Positions 9,780 to 18,826 are shown, numbered from the stretch's first letter. The stretch: 60,369 bases of DNA from Sunxiuqinia sp. (GCA_003246935.1 QKCF01000393.1:1-60369); one strand, 5' to 3'. Numbers and translations are program-made. The notes: generated by a model not told the origin, from the letters alone.

Positions 9780-10013
9780 ACATTACTTCAATTTTGGTTT
9801 TAGCGAAGTTCGCAAATTCCAACTACAATCAAAATTGATATTTTTTCGTACACAACGTTACTATAAAAGTTTTCTACGTCAAAAGATTAAATGAGCTATT
9901 ATGAAGACCAGAAAAGCAAAAGACCAAGGGAACCTGATCGCCTTTTCAATCGGAGCGATCCTTATTTTGATCTTAATATTGATTTACTTTGCGTAAATCA
10001 TCAGGACTCTAAA

Positions 10014-10054
10014 ACAAAAAGCACCAGCCCTTTGAGAAGACTGGTGCTTTTTGT
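10014..10054. terminator. Intrinsic terminator ending the L,D-transpeptidase operon (bidirectional-looking)
   Basis: ACAAAAAGCACCAG / CTGGTGCTTTTTGT inverted repeat 3 bp from the stop at 10058. Confidence 0.8.
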
Positions 10055-10057
10055 ATC

Positions 10058-10855
10058 CTACAAACGGATACAAATTTGAGGCTTCATAGGTAATGCCCGG
10101 AATATGGCCTTCGCATCAGATTCATTTAAGATAATTGTCAGCTCTGGTTTATAATCCGGAACTTCAAAGAAAAAGGTTTTGCTCAGATCCGTTTTCAAAC
10201 GTTCGAGGTCCTGTTTCCACCAAAATTGCTTTCCATCCAACCAATCTCCGCTCGTATTCTGATCAACTCCTTCAATCTTCAACGAGATATCGTTGTCTAA
10301 TTCCACTAACCAATGCACAGCTTCTTGCTTTGTTGAATCGATGACATGAGACTGATTGGCGAACTCAACACTATCGCGAGGCGCCTTTTTCACAATCAGT
10401 GGTTCTTTCTCGATTGTAGCAAGAAGACTTTCCCCCAAGGCAGGCTCACCAAAATAATGATGATAGGCTCCTAGTTTCAAGTGTTTAAACAGCTCATCAA
10501 TCTTAAAATCAATCATCTTCGAACTCTTTAGCACCACTCCCTTCAACTCCAATTGCAAAACACTATCTCTCAGGTTAACCGACAAACTAATTGAATCGGT
10601 TTTGGTGATCTGGAAACGACTTTCCAGCCAGGTTTTATCTTTATAAAGACTGAATGTTGAATCATTCGGCTCCTGTGCTACCGAAAGCAACATCACATCC
10701 TCACTTTTATATAGATTCTTTTGATACCGGCGAACGGCCAGCACGGACAACACCGCGTACTGTATGCCAATAAGAAGTAGCACTACCGGTACAACTACCG
10801 CAAAAAAATTGCGAACCGGATGCTTTTTGCGCTGACTATATTTTTGCAGATCCAT
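10058..10855 (-). CDS. Membrane-anchored YkuD-like protein lacking the catalytic His/Cys
   Basis: N-terminal TM; SLSVNLRDSVLQL and IILNESDAKAIFRALP resemble first and last YkuD elements; no HGT...GC. Start placed at ATG 10855 (track extends to 10879). Confidence 0.55.
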   Translation of the reverse strand: MDLQKYSQRKKHPVRNFFAVVVPVVLLLIGIQYAVLSVLAVRRYQKNLYKSEDVMLLSVAQEPNDSTFSLYKDKTWLESRFQITKTDSISLSVNLRDSVLQLELKGVVLKSSKMIDFKIDELFKHLKLGAYHHYFGEPALGESLLATIEKEPLIVKKAPRDSVEFANQSHVIDSTKQEAVHWLVELDNDISLKIEGVDQNTSGDWLDGKQFWWKQDLERLKTDLSKTFFFEVPDYKPELTIILNESDAKAIFRALPMKPQICIRL

Positions 10856-10856
10856 T

Positions 10857-11573
10857 TTAGTAAATAAAAACTTTAGCACCTATGGGCAGCGTTTTATAGA
10901 CTGCCTCTAAATCTTCGTCATTCATACGGATACAACCATGTGTTACGGGTTGCCCGAGAAAACGCTTGTAAAGTGTCCCATGAATTAAATATCCGTGGCC
11001 CAATGCCAGTGCATAATCACCCAATACACCATACTCATACCTACTAGGGTCATCAGCTACGGGTATCGGTAGTCCTTCCTCCACAAAAGCCCAATCGGGT
11101 TTACGCCAAACAGGATCGGTTATTTTTCCTTTAATCGACAAGGCGCCTTTCGGTGTTTCAAACACCCAGTGTTTTTCGCCGTCGGTCTCCAGTTTAATGT
11201 AACTCCCTGTAGAGCACAGGCCGTTGCGAATGAGCTTTTTATTTTGATAAAGCTCGAAGGTATTGTCAGTTGTGTTAACAATTAAATAGACTCCCCCCGG
11301 AGTCAATCGATCAATCTTGTGCTGCAAGCGGCCAATATCAACGCGCAACTCTTCATCTGACGGCACAGATCCCATAGCCACCTGATTGGTATCCGGCGTA
11401 AACTTATAAAAGGAAGCTCTACTTTTCATCCATGGCGTAACGGTAAAGATTAACCACAAGAACAAAGCTGCCGCCACAAACATCAACGCCACAAAGCCAA
11501 ACCATCCCCAAACCGGCTTTGCCAAAATGCCCTTTAACGTGCCCCCTTCCGACTTTTCAATTTTTTCACTCAT
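10857..11573 (-). CDS. L,D-transpeptidase, ErfK/YbiS/YcfS/YnhG-like
   Basis: TM anchor; ETPKG, DPVWRKP, LIHGT...THGCIRM catalytic motif. Confidence 0.92.
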   Translation of the reverse strand: MSEKIEKSEGGTLKGILAKPVWGWFGFVALMFVAAALFLWLIFTVTPWMKSRASFYKFTPDTNQVAMGSVPSDEELRVDIGRLQHKIDRLTPGGVYLIVNTTDNTFELYQNKKLIRNGLCSTGSYIKLETDGEKHWVFETPKGALSIKGKITDPVWRKPDWAFVEEGLPIPVADDPSRYEYGVLGDYALALGHGYLIHGTLYKRFLGQPVTHGCIRMNDEDLEAVYKTLPIGAKVFIY

Positions 11574-11606
11574 CCTCTTTCATCTTTGAATCTCAAAAAA
11601 AATGCG

Positions 11607-12713
11607 TTAGCGCAATATTTCGTCCACCGACCGAACGGATCCTACAATAATTACAGGTGTACCCACTCCTACAATTCGGTACAGCACATCAATGTCATCG
11701 TTACTAAGCGCGATACAACCATCAGTCCAGTCAACACCTTTGCCTCCCAGACCATGTATCTCAATCAAGCCACCAATATCAGCCCGAACGGGTAGGCTTC
11801 CATTTCGCTTTGCTGCAGCAAAACGAGCCCGATCATCATCATTCGGATAGTTGAGCAGCATCGCTCTATAAAACTTTGTTCGAGCTCCGTCTTTCTTTTG
11901 GGTAATCCGATAAATGCCTTCGGGCGTAGCTTTGTCACCTTTGTGTTGCTTATCACCCATCCAGTTCATTCCCAATTCCACATCAAAACTTCGGATTACT
12001 TTACCGCTTTGGTACACTTTACTGGTATGAGCCAGCTTGTCAACCAGGATGACTTTTTTACCACCCTTTGACATTTGAATCGCTTGCTGTACCTGTTTTT
12101 GCCAATTGCCGTGCGCACCAAACCACTCCCGAACAATCTTTTCAGCTTTAACATTTGAACTATTCAGCAAACTTTCGGCTTGCGCGAGGTGCCCTTCTGC
12201 TTCGTCGAAGCGTTTATTTTGCCAGGAGAATTTGGCTTCGGAGAGTTTCAGCACACCTTTATTATGTGCTTTTATAACACTAGCAGGCAAAGGCATGTGC
12301 TTATAGTGGCATTCGTACAAATTAGCCTGCCTTTCCAACTTTGCCAGTCCTTCTTTTAACTTATTGTCGGACAAAGCAACTCTTTGCCCCGATAACTCTC
12401 CGGCTTTAAGCGAATTCTCAATCGCCTGAGCAATCCAAAAATCAACCTTCGAATAATTGCGGAACAAGAAAAAACGCTCATTTTCTATAGCCCAATAGCG
12501 CATGGCCGAATCGTAGGCATTACTTGCCGAGCTATAGGCCTCCCGCGCATAGCGATCGGCATTTGCTTTTTGAGCCTCATGCAAAGCTTCACGGGCCACT
12601 TTCAACTCAGCAACCGGCGGCTGCGGTCGTTTATAAATTGCAAACACTGTTACCACCGCAATAAAAACGATCAGCCAAAATCCCCAAACTACACCCCTTT
12701 TCAACCTCCGCAT
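11607..12713 (-). CDS. L,D-transpeptidase family protein, YafK/DpaA-like, with N-terminal DUF4398-like helical stalk
   Basis: TM anchor, Ala-rich helical region, GDKATPEGIY, LNYPN, IEIHG...WTDGCIAL. Confidence 0.88.
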   Translation of the reverse strand: MRRLKRGVVWGFWLIVFIAVVTVFAIYKRPQPPVAELKVAREALHEAQKANADRYAREAYSSASNAYDSAMRYWAIENERFFLFRNYSKVDFWIAQAIENSLKAGELSGQRVALSDNKLKEGLAKLERQANLYECHYKHMPLPASVIKAHNKGVLKLSEAKFSWQNKRFDEAEGHLAQAESLLNSSNVKAEKIVREWFGAHGNWQKQVQQAIQMSKGGKKVILVDKLAHTSKVYQSGKVIRSFDVELGMNWMGDKQHKGDKATPEGIYRITQKKDGARTKFYRAMLLNYPNDDDRARFAAAKRNGSLPVRADIGGLIEIHGLGGKGVDWTDGCIALSNDDIDVLYRIVGVGTPVIIVGSVRSVDEILR

Positions 12714-12725
12714 ATCTTTGCCCTC

Positions 12726-12756
12726 AAAAAAATCCCCGGGATAGTTCTCCCGGGGA
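12726..12756 (-). terminator. Intra-operonic terminator after the lipoprotein gene
   Basis: TCCCCGGGA / TCCCGGGGA stem with 7-U tail on minus strand. Confidence 0.75.
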
Positions 12757-12794
12757 AATTTTATGGTTTCTACAGCTATAAAAAATGTATGGTC

Positions 12795-13403
12795 TTATCT
12801 CTTCTTGTTCTTCGCATACTTAGCAATCACTTCGCTCAACTCAGCGTTAATTGCATCACCTTTTTCTTTAGCTGCTTTAGCTTTATCAAGCGCTGCCATG
12901 AAGTTTTCAGCTGCAACTAAGTCAGATACTTCAGTAAGAGAAGTTTCGATCAAGCCATTGTCGCCTTTAATAGCTTCCAACGCAGCTGCACCTTCTTTTC
13001 CTTTTGGAGCTTGTGCAATCAATTCGTTGTTTGAAGCAACAAGGGTAGCCACCTCAGCTTGTAATGCTGCAACTTCTTGTTTCACTTCTTCTTTACGCGT
13101 TTCAGTTTTTGCTTTTGTATCTGCTGCCATTTGAGACACAACAGCCAACTGAGCTTTTACTGCGTCGAAATTTTTGAAAAGTTTACCGTTTTGAGCTTCA
13201 ACATTTTCATTAACAGCGCGCATCGAATCTTGCAAAGCAGCAAAGTCTTCAGCTACATAAACAGAAGCACCTGCAGTGTTAGCAGCTTCAATAGCAGCAT
13301 TGGCTGCATCAATTTCAGCTTGAGGAATTTTTCCGCAGCTACTAAACAAGACAGCGATACTCACAGCTGTCAACGCAATCATCAACTTTTTTTTCATCGT
13401 CAA
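12795..13403 (-). CDS. Ala/Glu/Lys-rich coiled-coil lipoprotein (DUF4398-like)
   Basis: Signal peptide II (LFSS-C); predicted all-helical; ends KYAKNKKR. Confidence 0.8.
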   Translation of the reverse strand: MTMKKKLMIALTAVSIAVLFSSCGKIPQAEIDAANAAIEAANTAGASVYVAEDFAALQDSMRAVNENVEAQNGKLFKNFDAVKAQLAVVSQMAADTKAKTETRKEEVKQEVAALQAEVATLVASNNELIAQAPKGKEGAAALEAIKGDNGLIETSLTEVSDLVAAENFMAALDKAKAAKEKGDAINAELSEVIAKYAKNKKR

Positions 13404-13487
13404 TAAGTAAAATTTATTTTTCTGTATTAAAATTCATCCCAATGCTTAAATTCGTTTTGTCAATTGCATTTCGGATCGGAATTTCCA

Positions 13488-13516
13488 TTTAGACGGAGGT
13501 AAAATCGGAAGTAACG
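13488..13516 (-). promoter_or_regulatory. ECF-type promoter facing the lipoprotein-LDT operon
   Basis: CGTTACTT-N13-CGTCTAAA on minus strand; same motif and spacing at 14138. Confidence 0.7.
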
Positions 13517-13560
13517 CAGAAGACGAAAAAATATTTTCAAATTGTTTTTATCCGCGTTTT

Positions 13561-14130
13561 ATGCACCAAGAGCAATTTAAAAATTTAGCTGACGAGGAGA
13601 TCGTTAAGCTAATTGTCCATGAAGGGGAGCCCGAACTTTTCGAAGTTCTTTACAAGCGTTACTTTCAGAAAGTGGTCGATAAAAGCTATAGCTTTATTAA
13701 AAATAAGAGTATGGCCGAGGATTTTGCCAACGACATTCTGTCGAAAGCCTATGAGAAACTTCCGGGCTTTAAAGGCAACTCGCTCTTTTCGTCGTGGCTG
13801 TACGCGATCACTTACAATTATTCTATCGATTACCTTCGAGTGAAGAAGAAACTTCACTACCCCAACTGGAACAGTGAAAATGAAATCCCAGACATTCCAG
13901 ATGAATCTGAAACAGATTTGGAAGAGATGAGCTACGATAACCTGCTGAAGATTTTGGAGATGATCCACCCGGAAGAAAAAGCTTTGCTACTGATGAAATA
14001 TCAGGATAACCTGCCGGGCAAGGCAATTGCTCAAACACTGCGCATAAGCGAGGATGCTGTTAAAATGAGACTAAAAAGAGCACGAACACGAGTCATCTAC
14101 CTTTATCAAACTCAGTTGGAAAAAGATTAA
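13561..14130 (+). CDS. ECF sigma-70 factor
   Basis: Region 2 (AEDFANDI, FSSWLYAITYNYSIDYLR) and region 4 (IAQTLRISEDAVKMRLKRAR); 189 aa. Confidence 0.93.
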   Translation: MHQEQFKNLADEEIVKLIVHEGEPELFEVLYKRYFQKVVDKSYSFIKNKSMAEDFANDILSKAYEKLPGFKGNSLFSSWLYAITYNYSIDYLRVKKKLHYPNWNSENEIPDIPDESETDLEEMSYDNLLKILEMIHPEEKALLLMKYQDNLPGKAIAQTLRISEDAVKMRLKRARTRVIYLYQTQLEKD

Positions 14131-14137
14131 CGCAGAT

Positions 14138-14166
14138 CGTTACTTTATCCGAAATCGACGTCAAAA
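14138..14166 (+). promoter_or_regulatory. ECF-type promoter for the downstream PepSY-like gene
   Basis: CGTTACTT-N13-CGTCAAAA. Confidence 0.7.
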
Positions 14167-14186
14167 CAAACAGAAAACAGATTACC

Positions 14187-14594
14187 ATGGATGCTAAAAA
14201 CTTCTTTCAAAAAATATTCTCTGGCAACAAAGGCACACATACCCCGACATTGGTAAAAGAACGCTTCAACGAACAATTCGAGCAGCCCATTAATGTTGAA
14301 TGGCTAAAAGTGGGCGACCAGTTCGAAGCTGTTTTTTACAAAGACGAGCTTGAACATATTGCTCATTACTCTGCAAACGGAGAAATGACCTGTTTAAAGG
14401 TGAACTTACCGCTGCATCGGATACCCGAAAACATAGCCGCCGCAGCAAAACTGCATGGTGAGCTCATGAATGCCATCATGATTGAATGCAAAAAAAGTGT
14501 CAATTTTGAACTCATTGTTCGCGATGAAGCGCTCAATCGCTATTTTCTTTTAATTTCTCCAAGCGGGGAAGTATCTGAAAAAGAAAAGCTTTAA
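14187..14594 (+). CDS. PepSY-like (BLIP-like fold) protein with no obvious signal peptide
   Basis: P-x-x-V-K-x-x-F...VEW...FEAVF...YSANG and second half-repeat IPENI...FEL...SPSG. Confidence 0.6.
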   Translation: MDAKNFFQKIFSGNKGTHTPTLVKERFNEQFEQPINVEWLKVGDQFEAVFYKDELEHIAHYSANGEMTCLKVNLPLHRIPENIAAAAKLHGELMNAIMIECKKSVNFELIVRDEALNRYFLLISPSGEVSEKEKL

Positions 14595-14659
14595 AAAACG
14601 ATTCAAAAAATTTCAGATCAACGAGCAAAAAATGCTTGCACGTATCAGAAATAAAATAC

Positions 14660-14667
14660 TATATTTG
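14660..14667 (+). promoter_or_regulatory. Bacteroidota sigma-A -7 element of tRNA-His
   Basis: TATATTTG matches TAnnTTTG, 16 bp upstream of the tRNA. Confidence 0.7.
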
Positions 14668-14683
14668 CAACCGCAAACAAGAT

Positions 14684-14761
<78 letters not shown>

Positions 14762-14767
14762 AACAAG

Positions 14768-14794
14768 AGGATGTCAATTTTGACATCCTTTTTT
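14768..14794 (+). terminator. Intrinsic terminator after tRNA-His
   Basis: AGGATGTCAA / TTGACATCCT followed by T-run. Confidence 0.85.
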
Positions 14795-14866
14795 CGTTTC
14801 AAGACTTTCCTCAGAATTTTCAGCTGATAAAAGCTTAATTTTGCATTCCGTTACTGAAACAATTCT

Positions 14867-15793
14867 ATGCAAAACAACAGTCTGAAATATTACGGAGCAG
14901 CTTTGCTGGCCATGTTCTTTTGGAGCTTCTCCTTTGTTTGGTTCAAAGTAGCTTATCGTGGCTATGATCCATTGACTGTTGTTCTTATTCGCTTAACCCT
15001 GGCAACCGCCTTGATGTTTGTCATCTCCAAACTCATCGGGAAACTTCAGCCGATACAAAAAGGCGATTGGAAATGGATGTTTCTGCTTTCGTTTTTCGAA
15101 CCTTTCCTCTATTTCATGGGCGAAAGCTTTGGTTTAAAATATGTGTCGCCGACAGTAGCAGCTGTTATCGTAGCAACAATTCCACTATTCACACCTCTTG
15201 CTGCACTCTATTTCCACAAAGAAAAAATGAGCTGGGCCAACTTCACCGGATTAGTAATTTCATTTGCAGGGGTATCCTTGGTTGTACTCGACAATTCGTT
15301 CAAATTTTCAGCGTCACCATTAGGCGTCACTCTGGAATTCCTGGCTGTTCTATCAACACTGGGATACGCCATCATACTGAAAAAATTAACCCATAACTAC
15401 AACGGATACACTATCATCAGCTACCAAAACCTGTTCGGATCGCTCTTATTCCTGCCATTTTGGGCGATTTTTGAAGCAGGAAAAACATTCCAGACACCTT
15501 TCCATGCGGAAGCTTTTACGGCAATTGTAAAGCTGGCGATATTCGCTTCAATCCTGGGGTTCATTTTCTTCACTTACAGCATTCGGAACCTGGGCATTAA
15601 CAAATCAAACATGTTCATTAATACCATGCCTGTCTTTGTCGTTATTTTTTCATACATCATCCTAGGCGAAGAAATTAACATCCAGAAGATCACAGGAATC
15701 ATCATTGTTATTGCCGGTTTATTTATTGCACAACTGAAACGGAAGAAAATAAAAGCCACCAAGAAGATTGAAATTTCAAACATCGAAATCTAG
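14867..15793 (+). CDS. DMT/EamA family transporter
   Basis: 10 hydrophobic segments in two repeats; FWSFSF, GESFGL, LGEEI. Confidence 0.9.
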   Translation: MQNNSLKYYGAALLAMFFWSFSFVWFKVAYRGYDPLTVVLIRLTLATALMFVISKLIGKLQPIQKGDWKWMFLLSFFEPFLYFMGESFGLKYVSPTVAAVIVATIPLFTPLAALYFHKEKMSWANFTGLVISFAGVSLVVLDNSFKFSASPLGVTLEFLAVLSTLGYAIILKKLTHNYNGYTIISYQNLFGSLLFLPFWAIFEAGKTFQTPFHAEAFTAIVKLAIFASILGFIFFTYSIRNLGINKSNMFINTMPVFVVIFSYIILGEEINIQKITGIIIVIAGLFIAQLKRKKIKATKKIEISNIEI

Positions 15794-15855
15794 TCTTGTA
15801 AAATATCGCGATGAGCCAAAACACTTTCAAGAGTTTTGTGTTTGGTTAGTTCAGA

Positions 15856-16182
15856 ATGAAAAACAGGAAACATCTAAATTTGGCATTTTTGGTGTTTGTG
15901 CACCTTATGTTGTTTGTCTATCCAATGGCAAGCAAAGCACTGCACATGCACGAAAGAGAACAGGATTGCTGTTCCGAGTGCCAGACCGACGGGCCTGCAA
16001 TCACACAAAAAGCTGATCCTTGTTTAATCTGCGATTTTGAACTCCTCAGCTTCATTGCAGAACCCGAATTCAGGCCGACAGTTTATCCTGTATCCTTTCC
16101 GATTTTAGTCTTCAACCTACCAGAAAAAGTTCATACAGAACCTATTCTGCACTTTTCGCTTCGAGGCCCTCCGGTTGCCTAA
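15856..16182 (+). CDS. DUF2946/CruR-like leader protein with CxxC and C-terminal RGPP arrest motif
   Basis: N-terminal hydrophobic segment, HMH, CCSEC, CLIC, ends LRGPPVA; directly upstream of TonB-dependent receptor. Confidence 0.75.
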   Translation: MKNRKHLNLAFLVFVHLMLFVYPMASKALHMHEREQDCCSECQTDGPAITQKADPCLICDFELLSFIAEPEFRPTVYPVSFPILVFNLPEKVHTEPILHFSLRGPPVA

Positions 16183-16315
16183 CCCTTCATTTTTTTTAGC
16201 ACTTGACTTCATTCTTTATTTAAAGAATGAGTAAAAACGATGCGCAGCATTTGCAATGCTTTGTCATGCACTATTGTTGTGCGATAAACAGGCATTAATA
16301 TTTTAGACAAGATTC

Positions 16316-18706
16316 ATGAAACATTACATAATATCAGCAATAGCTATCATTTCATTTTTTGCACAAAACGCTCTGGCTTTTCCGATCGAGAACACAGGAA
16401 AAACGAGCATAAGTGGCTCCGTAATTGACTCAAAAACAAAAGAACCACTTCCGGCCGTTACAATCTATTTTCCCGAAATTAAGTCTGGTGCCTTAACCGA
16501 CGACGATGGAAATTTCAGCATTCAGAATTTACCGATGTCGCGTTTAACCGTGCAGGTTAGCTTAATTGGCTACGAAGCGATTTCAAAGGTTGTTGATTTA
16601 AAGAGCACAAACTCAATTAAATTTGAATTGAGCGAATCGATTACTGAAATCAGCGAAATTGTGATTACCGGTCAACCGGGGGTAATCGAGCAAAAGAGAA
16701 CACCTGCTCCGATCAGTGTTGTTCCCAAAACAGAACTATTGGAAAATACCTCAACCAACATTATCGATGCGTTGGCTAAACAACCGGGAGTATCGCAAAT
16801 CACAACCGGAGCCGGCATTTCGAAACCGGTAATTCGAGGATTAGGCTACAACCGGGTAGTTGTTGTCAATGACGGAATCCGCCAGGAAGGTCAGCAATGG
16901 GGTGACGAACACGGTATTGAAATTGACGAATACGGCGTAAACCACGTAGAGATCCTGAAAGGCCCGGCCAGCTTGGCCTTTGGATCCGATGCTATGGCCG
17001 GAGTCATCAATATGATCTCGGCACCAACCCTTCCTGACGGGAGCCTTCAGGGCAATGTCATCACCAACTACCAAAGCAACAATGGACTGTTCGGCTACTC
17101 TGCAAACCTAAGCGGCAACAACAAAGGTTTTATCTGGGATGCCCGCATTAGTGGTAAACGTGCACACGACTACCAAAACAGTATCGACAATTGGGTTGCA
17201 AACTCCGCTTTCCGAGAGAACGCAGCCAGTGCCCTACTCGGACTAAACCGCTCATGGGGATATTCTCATTTAACACTTAGCTTGTATAGCTTAAAGCCGG
17301 GTATCGTTGGTGATAACGACGAAGAAGGCGAAGGAGAAACCGAAGAAATCCGGAACTCCAAATCCTATCAGCCCTCTGCTCCTTTCCAAAAAATCAACCA
17401 CTACAAAGTTGCATGGAATAGCAAGGTTTTCGTCGGACAAGGAAACATTCAAACAACAGTCGGCTTTCTGCAAAATAACCGTAAAGAATTTGAATCAGTT
17501 GATGAATATGGCCTTTATTTCAAATTGAACACGTTAAGCTACGACGCTAAATACAACTTGTCTACCGCCAGTAACTGGACAATGACAGGGGGTATTGGAG
17601 GAATGTGGCAACAATCGAAAAATGAAGGCTCCGAATTCCTGGTTCCAGCCTATACGCTTTTTGATGCCGGTATTTTTGCCATTGCACACAAACAAATCGG
17701 GCAACTGGATTTGAGTGGTGGTTTGCGTTTTGATCGCCGCCATATCGATAGTAAACCACTGTACCTCAATGCAAATGAAACACCAACAACAGCAACAGCC
17801 ACCGATGCTATGGAACGTTTTGCAGACTTTAGCGACTCGTTCAACGGAGTTTCCGCAAGCTTGGGTACCAGCTATCAAATTTCAAAATCACTTTATACCA
17901 AATTGAATATTTCCAGAGGATTCCGCGCACCGAATATTGCAGAGTTAGGTTCAAACGGCGTACACGAAGGAACAGCACGTTACGAAATTGGCAACACCGA
18001 ACTTAAACCAGAAAGCAGCTTACAATTCGATTGGGGGCTAGGCTTGGATGCGAAACATGTTTCGGCAGAACTGAACCTCTACCACAATCATGTAAATCAT
18101 TACATCTACAGTCAAAAACTACAAAACACAGCCGGAGTTGATTCCCTGATTGACGAGGTTCCTGTTTTCAAATTTGTCGGTGGTGATGCCAACCTTTATG
18201 GTGGTGAATTCTTTATCGACGTCCATCCACACCCGCTGGATTTCCTGCATTTTGAAAACACCTTCTCGTACACTCGCGGGAAATTGTCTTACCAGTCCGC
18301 TGAATCAACAGATTTACCCATGATTCCAGCTGCCCGATGGCTATCTCAAATCAAAATCGATATCAAAAAAATAAACAGATGGATGGAGAATGGATGGCTT
18401 AGCTTTGGCGTAGATCACAACTGGAAACAAGATCACTTTTACGCTGCCTATAATACAGAAACAGCAACACCCTCTTACACTTTGCTCAATACGGGCGTAG
18501 GAACAGACATCACCTGCAAGCGCAGAAAATGGGCTTCAATTTATATTAGCTGCAACAATCTGACCAACAAGGCCTATCAAAATCACTTAAACCGATTAAA
18601 ATATACCGGTCTCAATGAAGAAACGGGGCGGGAAGGATATTTTAATATGGGACGGAACTTTAGCGTCAAGTTGATCGTACCACTAGTTGCAAGCTTCAAA
18701 AATTAA
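16316..18706 (+). CDS. TonB-dependent receptor, probably metal uptake
   Basis: Signal peptide, N-terminal carboxypeptidase-regulatory-like domain, plug motifs PVIRG and VEILKGPAS, FRAPN, GRNF near C-terminus. Confidence 0.93.
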   Translation: MKHYIISAIAIISFFAQNALAFPIENTGKTSISGSVIDSKTKEPLPAVTIYFPEIKSGALTDDDGNFSIQNLPMSRLTVQVSLIGYEAISKVVDLKSTNSIKFELSESITEISEIVITGQPGVIEQKRTPAPISVVPKTELLENTSTNIIDALAKQPGVSQITTGAGISKPVIRGLGYNRVVVVNDGIRQEGQQWGDEHGIEIDEYGVNHVEILKGPASLAFGSDAMAGVINMISAPTLPDGSLQGNVITNYQSNNGLFGYSANLSGNNKGFIWDARISGKRAHDYQNSIDNWVANSAFRENAASALLGLNRSWGYSHLTLSLYSLKPGIVGDNDEEGEGETEEIRNSKSYQPSAPFQKINHYKVAWNSKVFVGQGNIQTTVGFLQNNRKEFESVDEYGLYFKLNTLSYDAKYNLSTASNWTMTGGIGGMWQQSKNEGSEFLVPAYTLFDAGIFAIAHKQIGQLDLSGGLRFDRRHIDSKPLYLNANETPTTATATDAMERFADFSDSFNGVSASLGTSYQISKSLYTKLNISRGFRAPNIAELGSNGVHEGTARYEIGNTELKPESSLQFDWGLGLDAKHVSAELNLYHNHVNHYIYSQKLQNTAGVDSLIDEVPVFKFVGGDANLYGGEFFIDVHPHPLDFLHFENTFSYTRGKLSYQSAESTDLPMIPAARWLSQIKIDIKKINRWMENGWLSFGVDHNWKQDHFYAAYNTETATPSYTLLNTGVGTDITCKRRKWASIYISCNNLTNKAYQNHLNRLKYTGLNEETGREGYFNMGRNFSVKLIVPLVASFKN

Positions 18707-18737
18707 TAGGGTTAAATTAGTAAATCTGATTTTTTTC

Positions 18738-18770
18738 AATCCCGATGGCTGCCAACCATCGGGATTTTTT
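18738..18770 (+). terminator. Intrinsic terminator after TonB-dependent receptor
   Basis: AATCCCGATGG / CCATCGGGATT + T-run. Confidence 0.85.
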
Positions 18771-18826
18771 ATTTCCGGTTGAACGAATGCGCTTATATTT
18801 GTCCCAAATCGTAAAATTGAGCAAAC

